Sequence record: NC_005083.2
DNA: 64,000 nt
Strand: one strand, 5' to 3'
The notes under the pieces were generated by a model that made no database searches, was not told where the DNA came from, and was given only the letters and a program-made list of their open reading frames with translations. A program made the position numbers and the translations under genes. Of this stretch, positions 25,984-33,842 are shown piece after piece. Numbering within the stretch: the stretch's first letter is position 1; every line of letters begins with the position of its first letter.

Positions 25984-26014
25984 TCTGTTCACCTTGATTC
26001 ATGCTCATAAAAAA

Positions 26015-26081
26015 CGAGGGAGCGACTATAAGTGGAACCAATACTCGCAGTGACCAATGCGATACATAGTCACTACCCTCG
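26015..26081 (-). ncRNA. Structured leader or small RNA between late promoter and 25983 gene
   Basis: About 15-bp stem with one bulge (cgagggtagtgactat / atagtcgctccctcg), inner tcgca/tgcga hairpin, followed by U6 on -. Confidence 0.4.
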
Positions 26082-26107
26082 AAACTGAGAAAAATGTTTA
26101 TATGTTA

Positions 26108-26113
26108 TATTTA
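26108..26113 (-). promoter_or_regulatory. Late promoter core TAAATA
   Basis: ctaaata on - strand in an AT-rich intergenic region. Confidence 0.6.
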
Positions 26114-26167
26114 GTGTTAGCTAGACACTCGTATAGCAATTATCTCTAATAAAAGTAGAAAAAAATG

Positions 26168-26196
26168 TTGACTAAAGTGTAAAATATCCTTATCAT
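26168..26196 (+). promoter_or_regulatory. sigma70-type promoter
   Basis: TTGACT, 17 bp, TATCAT, A-rich UP region. Confidence 0.8.
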
Positions 26197-26244
26197 AGTG
26201 CATATTCTAATGAAACGTACAAAAATACAACAAAAGAGGTTAAC

Positions 26245-26661
26245 ATGACTCCAAAATCAATCATTCGTGCAGCAAATACTCGCGTGTCCGAGCTTCAAAT
26301 CTTCAATGGCGAGAACAGTACAGTCGTAGTTGGTGCACCAGGTAGTGGTAAAAACGCTATGCTGATGGGAATGCTTATGCAACGTGGCGTATCTGACTGT
26401 ACAATGATCGTTACAGAAATGCGTGCTAGTGACATGGCGGAGAAGCTAGGTGCAGGTGCGCTTGTAGTCAATGGCGGGCTTGACCTCGAATCTCTTGTTG
26501 GTGCAGTTGCATTTGCGTGTACGCAATCGCGTTCTGACATTTTCATTGAGCACGTTTCTCCGATTCTCGGTCACAATATCGTTGAGATTCTAGAGGCAAT
26601 CGCTAAGCCATTCAACAAGCGTATATATGTTGGTATGCAAGCTTCGCGGGGTTGTCTATGA
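26245..26661 (+). CDS. Small P-loop protein, truncated RecA/DnaB-like fold
   Basis: VVVGAPGSGKN Walker A variant, IVTEM, IFIEH; only 138 aa. Confidence 0.6.
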   Translation: MTPKSIIRAANTRVSELQIFNGENSTVVVGAPGSGKNAMLMGMLMQRGVSDCTMIVTEMRASDMAEKLGAGALVVNGGLDLESLVGAVAFACTQSRSDIFIEHVSPILGHNIVEILEAIAKPFNKRIYVGMQASRGCL

Positions 26662-26933
26662 ACTTCTTTCAGATAAGCATGAATCTAGCGACTGATTCAT
26701 CAATTAACCCAGACGAAGCGTGGGCTGATAAGCAATTGATTGTTGCTTCTAGTCATGAAATGGCTAGAAAGCTTGCCGACGCACGCGAGAAAGGTCGTCA
26801 TGGTTGGCATGACCCTAATGTGTGCTCTATCGACTATCTCTATGAGTTGCGCGATAAAGCACTTAAAGACAATGATCACGTCAGTGTGATGAACTACACT
26901 GCAATGATCGCTATGCGGGAGAGTGTACAATGA
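26658..26933 (+). CDS. Hypothetical protein, 91 aa
   Basis: MARKLADAREKGRHGW...DHVSVMNY pattern; coupled ORF. Confidence 0.75.
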   Translation: MNFFQISMNLATDSSINPDEAWADKQLIVASSHEMARKLADAREKGRHGWHDPNVCSIDYLYELRDKALKDNDHVSVMNYTAMIAMRESVQ

Positions 26934-27970
26934 ACGTACTATTCACGAGTCTATTTGGCTCGAAATTATATGGCACAGACACGCCAGAGTCAGACACTGA
27001 CTATAAAGCAGTCTATCTACCCGAGTTGCGCACGCTACTTCGTGGTGTTGCAATAAAGAACTCAGTGCATTCCACTGGCAAATCGTTCGAGAAGAACGGC
27101 GCAGACGATGAAGACTTCGAATACATCCCTGTTCAAGTGTTCATGCGTGACTTTCTCGGCGGTCAGTCATATGCAATCGAGTTAGCATTCAATGCACTAC
27201 AGAACCCTGATGACTGTAAGCCAGAGTTCTACAACATGTGTAAAGAAATGACTCGCAAGTACTTGACATCAAACGTCAAAGCAATGACTGGCTATGCGCT
27301 TAACCAAGCACAGAAGTACGGCATCAAAGGTACTCGACTGAACAGCCTTATGCAATTTGCACGTGCTGTAGAGACGCACAACGTCGATCCTAAAGCGAAG
27401 TTGGGTTCAAGTCCTGAGTTGTGTAAGCAACTATGGGAACTGTGTGCAGAAGACGCTCACGTGCGTTTTCAGTGGTATCATGGGCCCAAGACTAAAGACG
27501 CAAGCGACTTGAAAGACCCTGCGTTCAGTGTGCTTGAGAAAGTATTCGGTCTTGAGATCACGTTTGAAGAAGCTGCCGGTCGTCTTGAGAAGATGATGAG
27601 CAAATACGGCGCTCGTGCATATCAAGCGCGTGCTGCAAGCGGCTCAGACTGGAAAGCAATCTCTCATGCTATGCGCGTGATCGATCAAGCAATCGACATA
27701 CTGACAGTTGGTAAGCTTGAGTTTCCGTTGAAGCACGCTGCGTTCTATCGTGACGTGAAACAAGGTAAATACAAGTGGGAATACGTGTCTGAAGTGCTGC
27801 AAGAGCGCCTTGAATTGCTCGAAAAAGCAAAAGATACAACGTCACTTCCACATCACACGCCTGATTTGGTTGCGAGATTTTACACCTGGTACGATGATTA
27901 CCTTGATGAGTTTTATTTCCCTTGTGAAATGACTGATGAAGAAGTCAAACAAATGCTAGGCGCGTACTAG
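26930..27970 (+). CDS. nrdC.11: Pol-beta superfamily nucleotidyltransferase, T4 NrdC.11-like
   Basis: FGSKLYGTDTPESDTDYK, QAQKYGIKGTRL, DWKAISHAMR. Confidence 0.88.
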   Translation: MNVLFTSLFGSKLYGTDTPESDTDYKAVYLPELRTLLRGVAIKNSVHSTGKSFEKNGADDEDFEYIPVQVFMRDFLGGQSYAIELAFNALQNPDDCKPEFYNMCKEMTRKYLTSNVKAMTGYALNQAQKYGIKGTRLNSLMQFARAVETHNVDPKAKLGSSPELCKQLWELCAEDAHVRFQWYHGPKTKDASDLKDPAFSVLEKVFGLEITFEEAAGRLEKMMSKYGARAYQARAASGSDWKAISHAMRVIDQAIDILTVGKLEFPLKHAAFYRDVKQGKYKWEYVSEVLQERLELLEKAKDTTSLPHHTPDLVARFYTWYDDYLDEFYFPCEMTDEEVKQMLGAY

Positions 27971-27971
27971 T

Positions 27972-27979
27972 TATAAATA
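27972..27979 (+). promoter_or_regulatory. T4 late promoter TATAAATA
   Basis: Exact consensus 26 nt upstream of ATG 28005. Confidence 0.85.
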
Positions 27980-28004
27980 CGTTAAACAAACAAAGAGGTT
28001 TAAC

Positions 28005-28256
28005 ATGCAAGGTTTTAAAGATTATTTCAAGAAAGGTGAAGTCAAGCTGCAAGAAACTGAACAAGAGTTTCACGAGCGCGTTGTCAAGCATCGTAAAGTA
28101 GATGACAAACGTTATCCAGACTTATCTAAGGCTGGGCTAGAGGGTCCATACACTGATCTTAATGGTAAAGTGTATTACTATGACCCACGTGAAGGCATGT
28201 ACTACGATCCCGACACTGACATTTACATTACTGCAAAAGATTTACGTTTACCGTAA
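28005..28256 (+). CDS. Late gene, 83 aa, Tyr-rich YYYDPxxGMYYDP repeat; candidate internal head protein
   Basis: GAGG RBS; MQGFKDYFKKGEVKLQET N-terminus; own promoter and terminator. Confidence 0.8.
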   Translation: MQGFKDYFKKGEVKLQETEQEFHERVVKHRKVDDKRYPDLSKAGLEGPYTDLNGKVYYYDPREGMYYDPDTDIYITAKDLRLP

Positions 28257-28268
28257 CACAACGAACAC

Positions 28269-28292
28269 AAAGCGCCTACGGGCGCTTTTTTT
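28269..28292 (+). terminator. Rho-independent terminator
   Basis: aaagcgcc-tacg-ggcgc-ttttttt. Confidence 0.92.
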
Positions 28293-28313
28293 ATGCAAGG
28301 AAGGTTATTAACA

Positions 28314-28688
28314 ATGATGTCACCGAGAGTACTCGTTTGCGGCGGTCGCAAATTTAATGATCGAAAACTTGTTTATGCTGCGCTCGACAAGCTATACAAT
28401 AGCAATTATATCGGTCGAATGACTATTATCGAGGGCGGAGCATTAGGCGCGGATCGACTTGCGCAAGATTGGGCGAATCAAGCGCATATCGACGTTGACT
28501 TAATAACATGCGAAGCTGAATGGGAAAAGTATGGCGATTCTGCGGGTTATCGACGCAACAAAGACATGGCTGATCTCAAACCAGACATTTGTTTGGCATT
28601 TAAAGGTGGTCGTGGCACTCAGAACATGATAGACATCTGTCGAGAACGTTCAATCAAAGTGCATACAATCAATTGGAAATATAGATGA
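28314..28688 (+). CDS. SLOG/YspA-like (DUF2493) protein
   Basis: RVLVCGGRKF, IIEGGALGADRLA, AEWEKYG.SAG.RRN..M, AFKGGRGT.NMI. Confidence 0.85.
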   Translation: MMSPRVLVCGGRKFNDRKLVYAALDKLYNSNYIGRMTIIEGGALGADRLAQDWANQAHIDVDLITCEAEWEKYGDSAGYRRNKDMADLKPDICLAFKGGRGTQNMIDICRERSIKVHTINWKYR

Positions 28689-28699
28689 GGAAAAGATAA

Positions 28700-29965
28700 G
28701 TGGGTTTAACTAATTGCCAACAAGGCGCTATGGATGCATTTCTTGAATCAGACGGTCACATGACTATCTCTGGTCCCGCTGGCTCTGGTAAGACATTCTT
28801 GATGAAATCAATTCTCGAAGCTCTTGAGTCGAAAGGGAAGAATGTCACAATGGTGACACCAACTCACCAAGCAAAGAACGTACTGCATAAAGCAACTGGT
28901 CAAGAAGTCTCGACTATTCACAGTTTGCTGAAGATTCACCCAGACACATACGAAGATCAAAAGCACTTCACACAATCAGGCGAGGTTGAAGGTCTAGACG
29001 AAATCGACGTGCTTGTTGTCGAAGAAGCAAGTATGGTTGATGAAGAGCTATTTCAAATCACTGGTAGAACAATGCCGCGCAAGTGTCGCATTCTAGCAGT
29101 CGGTGACAAATATCAGCTTCAGCCAGTTAAGCACGAGCCTGGTGTTATCTCACCATTCTTCACTAAGTTCAGCACGTTTGAAATGAACGAAGTCGTGCGT
29201 CAAGCGAAAGACAATCCGCTGATTCAAGTCGCAACTGAAGTACGAAACGGTCAATGGCTACGCACTAACTGGTCGAAAGAACGTCGTCAAGGTGTGCTGC
29301 ACGTGCCTAACGTGAACAAAATGCTAGACACATACTTGAGCAAAGTGAACAGCCCTGAAGATCTGCTTGACTATCGCATTCTCGCGTACACAAACGATTG
29401 TGTTGATACGTTCAACGGCATCATTCGTGAACACGTGTACAACACGTCAGAGCCATTCATTCCCGGTGAATATCTCGTGACTCAAATGCCAGTAATGGTT
29501 TCAAACGGCAAATACCCTGTTTGTGTCATTGAAAATGGTGAAGTTGTTAAGATTCTAGACGTTCGCCAGAAGACTATCGACGGAATGCTACCAAAAGTAG
29601 ACAATGAAGCGTTTGATGTTGCTGTGCTGACTGTTGAGAAAGAAGATGGCAACGTATATGAGTTCACAGTACTGTGGGATGACCTACAGAAAGAGCGTTT
29701 TGCTCGTTACTTGTCTGTTGCTGCTGGTACTTACAAGTCAATGCGTGGTAATACAAAGCGTTACTGGCGTGCTTTCTGGGGTTTGAAAGAGCAAATGATT
29801 GAAACTAAGTCGCTTGGTGCATCAACTGTTCACAAATCGCAGGGTACAACTGTCAAAGGTGTGTGCTTGTACACTCAAGACATGGGATACGCTGAGCCAG
29901 AGATTCTACAGCAATTGGTCTACGTTGGGTTGACTCGACCTACTGATTGGGCATTATACAATTAA
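28700..29965 (+). CDS. dda: Dda SF1 DNA helicase
   Basis: GPAGSGKT, TPTHQAK, TIHSLL, VVEEASM, GDKYQL, VVRQ, TVHKSQG, YVGLTR. Confidence 0.95.
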   Translation: MGLTNCQQGAMDAFLESDGHMTISGPAGSGKTFLMKSILEALESKGKNVTMVTPTHQAKNVLHKATGQEVSTIHSLLKIHPDTYEDQKHFTQSGEVEGLDEIDVLVVEEASMVDEELFQITGRTMPRKCRILAVGDKYQLQPVKHEPGVISPFFTKFSTFEMNEVVRQAKDNPLIQVATEVRNGQWLRTNWSKERRQGVLHVPNVNKMLDTYLSKVNSPEDLLDYRILAYTNDCVDTFNGIIREHVYNTSEPFIPGEYLVTQMPVMVSNGKYPVCVIENGEVVKILDVRQKTIDGMLPKVDNEAFDVAVLTVEKEDGNVYEFTVLWDDLQKERFARYLSVAAGTYKSMRGNTKRYWRAFWGLKEQMIETKSLGASTVHKSQGTTVKGVCLYTQDMGYAEPEILQQLVYVGLTRPTDWALYN

Positions 29966-29978
29966 TTTCAAAAAGTAG

Positions 29979-30007
29979 TTGACAGAGCGTGTGAGTGGCT
30001 GTAATAT
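29979..30007 (+). promoter_or_regulatory. sigma70-type promoter
   Basis: TTGACA, 17 bp, TAATAT. Confidence 0.8.
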
Positions 30008-30043
30008 GTCACTCAACGCCTAACAAAACAAGAGAACAAAATC

Positions 30044-30373
30044 ATGAAATTTAAACTACCAACGTTTACACGACCTAACTGGCTCGACAACACAATCATT
30101 CTTGCTGAAGAAGCAAAATCACATCCGCGCATCACTGCTGCTGTTCTTGTTGCTGTATTAGCAATGGGTTATGTGACTTACACTCGTGTACCTGCAATTG
30201 CATCATGTACGTGGACTGCTGTTATCGACCAATCAGTGCCATGGGACTTGTGGCGCCATAACATGTGGAACAACAACTGTCAGTACTACAATGGCACACG
30301 TTGGATTGCGCTAGAAAAAGTCATGGACGTTGGTGCAGGTCACACTGAAGAGCTTGAGGATCTAGCACAATGA
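30044..30373 (+). CDS. Single-pass membrane protein, 109 aa
   Basis: One TM (ITAAVLVAVLAMGYVTY); C-terminal Cys/Trp-rich part. Confidence 0.8.
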   Translation: MKFKLPTFTRPNWLDNTIILAEEAKSHPRITAAVLVAVLAMGYVTYTRVPAIASCTWTAVIDQSVPWDLWRHNMWNNNCQYYNGTRWIALEKVMDVGAGHTEELEDLAQ

Positions 30374-30549
30374 TCTTAGCAACGGCTGAAGAAGTGCAAG
30401 AATACTTAGACAAAGCGCGTGCATGGTTATGCACGCCGTCTGGTAGAATGTTCAATGATTGTAAGTCTGTTGCTCGTACTGCATACGCTGAAGCACTAGC
30501 AAATGTAGACGGTAAAACTATCTACAATCTGAGACAAACAGAAAATTAA
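30370..30549 (+). CDS. Hypothetical protein, 59 aa (hand-called)
   Basis: GAGGA RBS, ATGA overlap. Confidence 0.7.
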   Translation: MILATAEEVQEYLDKARAWLCTPSGRMFNDCKSVARTAYAEALANVDGKTIYNLRQTEN

Positions 30550-30553
30550 CAAC

Positions 30554-30599
30554 ATATTCATATTATATTAATGAATATTATATAACATTTCGATAAATA
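30554..30599 (+). promoter_or_regulatory. AT-rich inverted repeat followed by late promoter core
   Basis: atattcat...atgaatat (30554-30578); TAAATA 30594-30599. Confidence 0.55.
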
Positions 30600-30616
30600 C
30601 AAGTGAGTGAAATATA

Positions 30617-31378
30617 ATGAGTATTGCAACTACATCCGGTCATCGCTTTGGTATGCTTGTTGAATCAATTGCAACGGGCTTACGTGGTACTGTAATTGGT
30701 ATCACACAATGTATCGCGGGGTGCGAACTGCTTGAAGTTCAGTCAAAAGACAACAAAGGCATCGCCCGAACACACGTTTTTAGCTCAAAACTGGTTGAAA
30801 TTATCAATTCTGACCGTGTAGATGAGTACGAAGCTATCTTTGCCGAGACTAATACGACTATGCCGATTCGTCTTGGTGATGAAGTAGAAGACACAGTTTC
30901 AGAAGCGAAAGGGATCGTAACTGAAATTCAATACTCAGTGAATGCAGCACCGAATGTGCTTTTGATCAAGCCATACTCAGAGCATGAGACGAATATTTAT
31001 GCATCTGCGCGAGTCATTAGCTGTAAGAAAACGGGTCACTCGATTCACGATAAGATCATCAACAATCGTTTAAAACGTGAGCGTGATGAGCTTAAAGTGG
31101 AACTGCTGCAAAAAGCTCGATGCATGGCAACTGGCGCGACTGGCTTAGTCACTGCCATTTTCAATCAAGCTAGTGGAACAATCTCAGTTGGCATTCAGCC
31201 CGTGAGTAAAGAGGGACGACTACTCGATACTCATTATACTGACATTGAATTAGTCGAAATCATCACTGAAGAAGCAAAGCAAATCGTTCAACCGAAAGAG
31301 ACAAAGCTGAAGAAAAGTGGCTCACTGCGCTCTCATGAACTGTCTTCGCTGAAACGCAGTGGTATGCATACAGTGTAA
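30617..31378 (+). CDS. 253 aa protein with three internal repeats
   Basis: RFGMLVESIATGLRGTVIGI / RLGDEVEDTVSEAKGIVTEI / ELLQKARCMATGATGLVTAI. Confidence 0.8.
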   Translation: MSIATTSGHRFGMLVESIATGLRGTVIGITQCIAGCELLEVQSKDNKGIARTHVFSSKLVEIINSDRVDEYEAIFAETNTTMPIRLGDEVEDTVSEAKGIVTEIQYSVNAAPNVLLIKPYSEHETNIYASARVISCKKTGHSIHDKIINNRLKRERDELKVELLQKARCMATGATGLVTAIFNQASGTISVGIQPVSKEGRLLDTHYTDIELVEIITEEAKQIVQPKETKLKKSGSLRSHELSSLKRSGMHTV

Positions 31379-31441
31379 GAAAACAAACTCGCGTTACATA
31401 TGTTGCACGTGTGCAGGTAATTTAGCACAAGGAAGCACATT

Positions 31442-31909
31442 ATGAAAATCGCATTGTTATTATTGACTGTGGCTTTACTGCCACAAATAGCGAACGCTCA
31501 CGTTCATGACGATTGGATGACAGTTCACCGCGTGGATGTTCGCACTCATGAGCTAATACATACAGCAAGTACGACCTCAACCAATCATCTTGCTGTTCTC
31601 ACCATTGACTGTGATAAGTCAGTCACGTTATATGAAGCAAGAGACTATTTGATTGCCTCGAATCCGGATGACGTTTGGTATTCTATCGACGGAAATCCAT
31701 ATGTGCGAATCAAAAACGATCAGCTTAAACATCAAGCGTCTGTGACTACCTTTGTCGGTAGTATCAAGGCGATTGAGACACTTAAAACAGGAAATGAACT
31801 CGAATATGTTGTTAACAACAACGTTCGAGGAGTGAAATATTCGTATCACTTCAGTCTGAACGGGATGAATGATGCATACGAAGCATTAGGTGAATTATGT
31901 AAGTGGTAA
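31442..31909 (+). CDS. Secreted/periplasmic protein, 155 aa
   Basis: Sec signal MKIALLLLTVALLPQIANA. Confidence 0.75.
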   Translation: MKIALLLLTVALLPQIANAHVHDDWMTVHRVDVRTHELIHTASTTSTNHLAVLTIDCDKSVTLYEARDYLIASNPDDVWYSIDGNPYVRIKNDQLKHQASVTTFVGSIKAIETLKTGNELEYVVNNNVRGVKYSYHFSLNGMNDAYEALGELCKW

Positions 31910-31913
31910 CACT

Positions 31914-32432
31914 ATGAAAATTATATTCTTGGATATTGACGGCGTTCTAAACAATGCTTTAGAAGCCGATGAGCACAAGGACGTGCTACTTAATGGTGAG
32001 TATCAAGGGATTTATTCTCCTCGATGCGTAGACCGCTTAAACGATCTCGTTGAAATGACTGACGCACGCATTGTCCTTACCAGTGTGTGGCGTTGTGGTC
32101 TGTCAATTGATGAGATCAACACAGTGCTTCGAGCCATGGGAGTCAACGCTGAATGCATTGGTAAAACAGATATACTCGATCACAAATACTCATGGGCGTT
32201 TCGTGGCAATGAGATTCTTAAATGGATTCATGACAACGAAGAGCTTATTGGTAAACGTAGATACGAGTATCGAAGCTATGTCATCTTAGATGATGACACT
32301 GATATGCTGTTATGGCAACGTCATAACTATGTAAACTGCGACCCTGAGATTGGCATGACTGATCGCGTGGTCGCAAAAGCTGCTGCAATACTGAATAACG
32401 CACCTTGTACCGATACTGGTCAAGAGTTTTAA
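31914..32432 (+). CDS. HAD-family phosphatase (HAD_SAK_2-like, RNA-repair associated)
   Basis: IIFLDIDGVLN, IVLTSVWR, RGNEILKW, YVILDD. Confidence 0.85.
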   Translation: MKIIFLDIDGVLNNALEADEHKDVLLNGEYQGIYSPRCVDRLNDLVEMTDARIVLTSVWRCGLSIDEINTVLRAMGVNAECIGKTDILDHKYSWAFRGNEILKWIHDNEELIGKRRYEYRSYVILDDDTDMLLWQRHNYVNCDPEIGMTDRVVAKAAAILNNAPCTDTGQEF

Positions 32433-32439
32433 AAAGTAG

Positions 32440-32468
32440 TTGACACGCACAATAAAAGATGTAATAAT
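32440..32468 (+). promoter_or_regulatory. sigma70-type promoter
   Basis: A tract then TTGACA; weak -10 (AATAAT). Confidence 0.55.
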
Positions 32469-32506
32469 CTAATCTCAATCAACAATGACAAAATGGGGAG
32501 CCCAAC

Positions 32507-33532
32507 ATGTCACACGCAATCTTTATCGGACGTTTTCGTCCATTCCACAACGGTCATCTATCTGCAATCACTCAAGCATTCGACGCGCTTGATTTAGATA
32601 AGATGACTATCCTAATCGGTAGCTCTAACCGACATCGTTCAGTTAAAAACCCATTCGTGTTCGAAGAAGTACGCGATATGATGGGTGTTGCATTGCCTGA
32701 TCACATTCGAAGCAAAGTTCGCTTTGTACCGCTTGGTGATTACGCGAAAGACGACGTTTGGCAGTCAAATGTTCGTTCTCGTGCAAGAGGCGCAACTCAC
32801 ATCGTTGGTTACGACAAAGACGAAAGCAGCTACTACCTCAAGTTATTCCCTGAGCTAAAGCTATTTCAACCTGAACCAGTGAAGATGTATAACAAAGTTA
32901 TCTCTGCAACTGACTTCAGAGAACTGTACTTCAGTGAGATTCTACTGAATCACCCTGTAATGTCTGGTCTTATCCCTAAAGAAACGATGATGTTTCTTGA
33001 TAACTGGAGCAAAACAGAGTTTTTCACTGAAATGAAAGCTGAATACGATAGCTCAGTGCGCGAAATCGAGAAGTTTAAAGACTATCCTTACCAAGGTCAC
33101 TTGAATATCGCGTGTGCTGATAACGTTGTTACGTGTGCAGGTCATGTCCTTCTCGTTGAGCGTAAGTTCAACCCAGGCAAAGGCTGTTTAGCATTACCGG
33201 GCGGGCATAAGCATGAGAAAGAAACATTCTTAGATGCTGCGATTCGTGAACTGCAAGAAGAAACTAATATCAAAGTACCTGAAAAGGTACTGCGTGGCTC
33301 GCTTGTGGGTGAAAAGATGTTCGATAATCCAAATCGCTCTTACCCTCACACTCGCATCACAATGGCATATCACTTGAAAGTGCATCCAAACCCAGACAAC
33401 ACTTTCCCGAAAGTGAAACCTGCTGATGATGCTGTATCAGCGAAATGGTATCCACTGAGTGAAGTGCGCGACATGCAAGAACGTTTGTATGACGATCACT
33501 ACCAAATCATTCAGTATTTCACTGGCATCTAA
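32507..33532 (+). CDS. natV: Bifunctional NMN adenylyltransferase / Nudix ADP-ribose pyrophosphatase (NadM-Nudix)
   Basis: FIGRFRPFHNGH, IGSSN..RSVKNPF, ISATDFR; Nudix box ALPGGH...ETFLDAAIRELQEET; 341 aa. Confidence 0.95.
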   Translation: MSHAIFIGRFRPFHNGHLSAITQAFDALDLDKMTILIGSSNRHRSVKNPFVFEEVRDMMGVALPDHIRSKVRFVPLGDYAKDDVWQSNVRSRARGATHIVGYDKDESSYYLKLFPELKLFQPEPVKMYNKVISATDFRELYFSEILLNHPVMSGLIPKETMMFLDNWSKTEFFTEMKAEYDSSVREIEKFKDYPYQGHLNIACADNVVTCAGHVLLVERKFNPGKGCLALPGGHKHEKETFLDAAIRELQEETNIKVPEKVLRGSLVGEKMFDNPNRSYPHTRITMAYHLKVHPNPDNTFPKVKPADDAVSAKWYPLSEVRDMQERLYDDHYQIIQYFTGI

Positions 33533-33537
33533 CTAAC

Positions 33538-33556
33538 GGGGCAGCAATGCCCCTTT
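33538..33556 (+). terminator. Terminator-like GNRA hairpin
   Basis: ggggca-gcaa-tgcccc-ttt. Confidence 0.7.
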
Positions 33557-33566
33557 GAGGAATATT

Positions 33567-33842
33567 ATGAACATCAATCTGCTTATTCGCAATGAAGTGA
33601 AGAACAACACGAGTCGTTACGCTACTGCATACGACATCATGGACGATATGCTTGAGAAGTTCCCTCAAGCGCGTGCCTCTGCTGCGAAAAACGATGGAAC
33701 AATGAAGAACAGCACACTGCGACGTGAAATCGCTCGTGCTCTTGATAACTCAAGCAACTGGAAAGCAATCGGCAAGACCGAGACTGGTCGTAAACTATAC
33801 GAACGCTTACCTAATGGCAATTCACTGGAGAACTTTGTATGA
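33567..33842 (+). CDS. Hypothetical protein, 91 aa
   Basis: GAGG RBS; start moved from 33555. Confidence 0.8.
   Translation: MNINLLIRNEVKNNTSRYATAYDIMDDMLEKFPQARASAAKNDGTMKNSTLRREIARALDNSSNWKAIGKTETGRKLYERLPNGNSLENFV

Noticed and set aside
26015-26081. tRNA gene
   Set aside because: No TTCGA T-loop, no cloverleaf and no CCA end; no tRNA-like sequence was noticed anywhere in the window.
26245-26661. Functional replicative helicase (gp41/DnaB)
   Set aside because: Only 138 aa, altered Walker A, and no adjacent ORF supplies the missing part.
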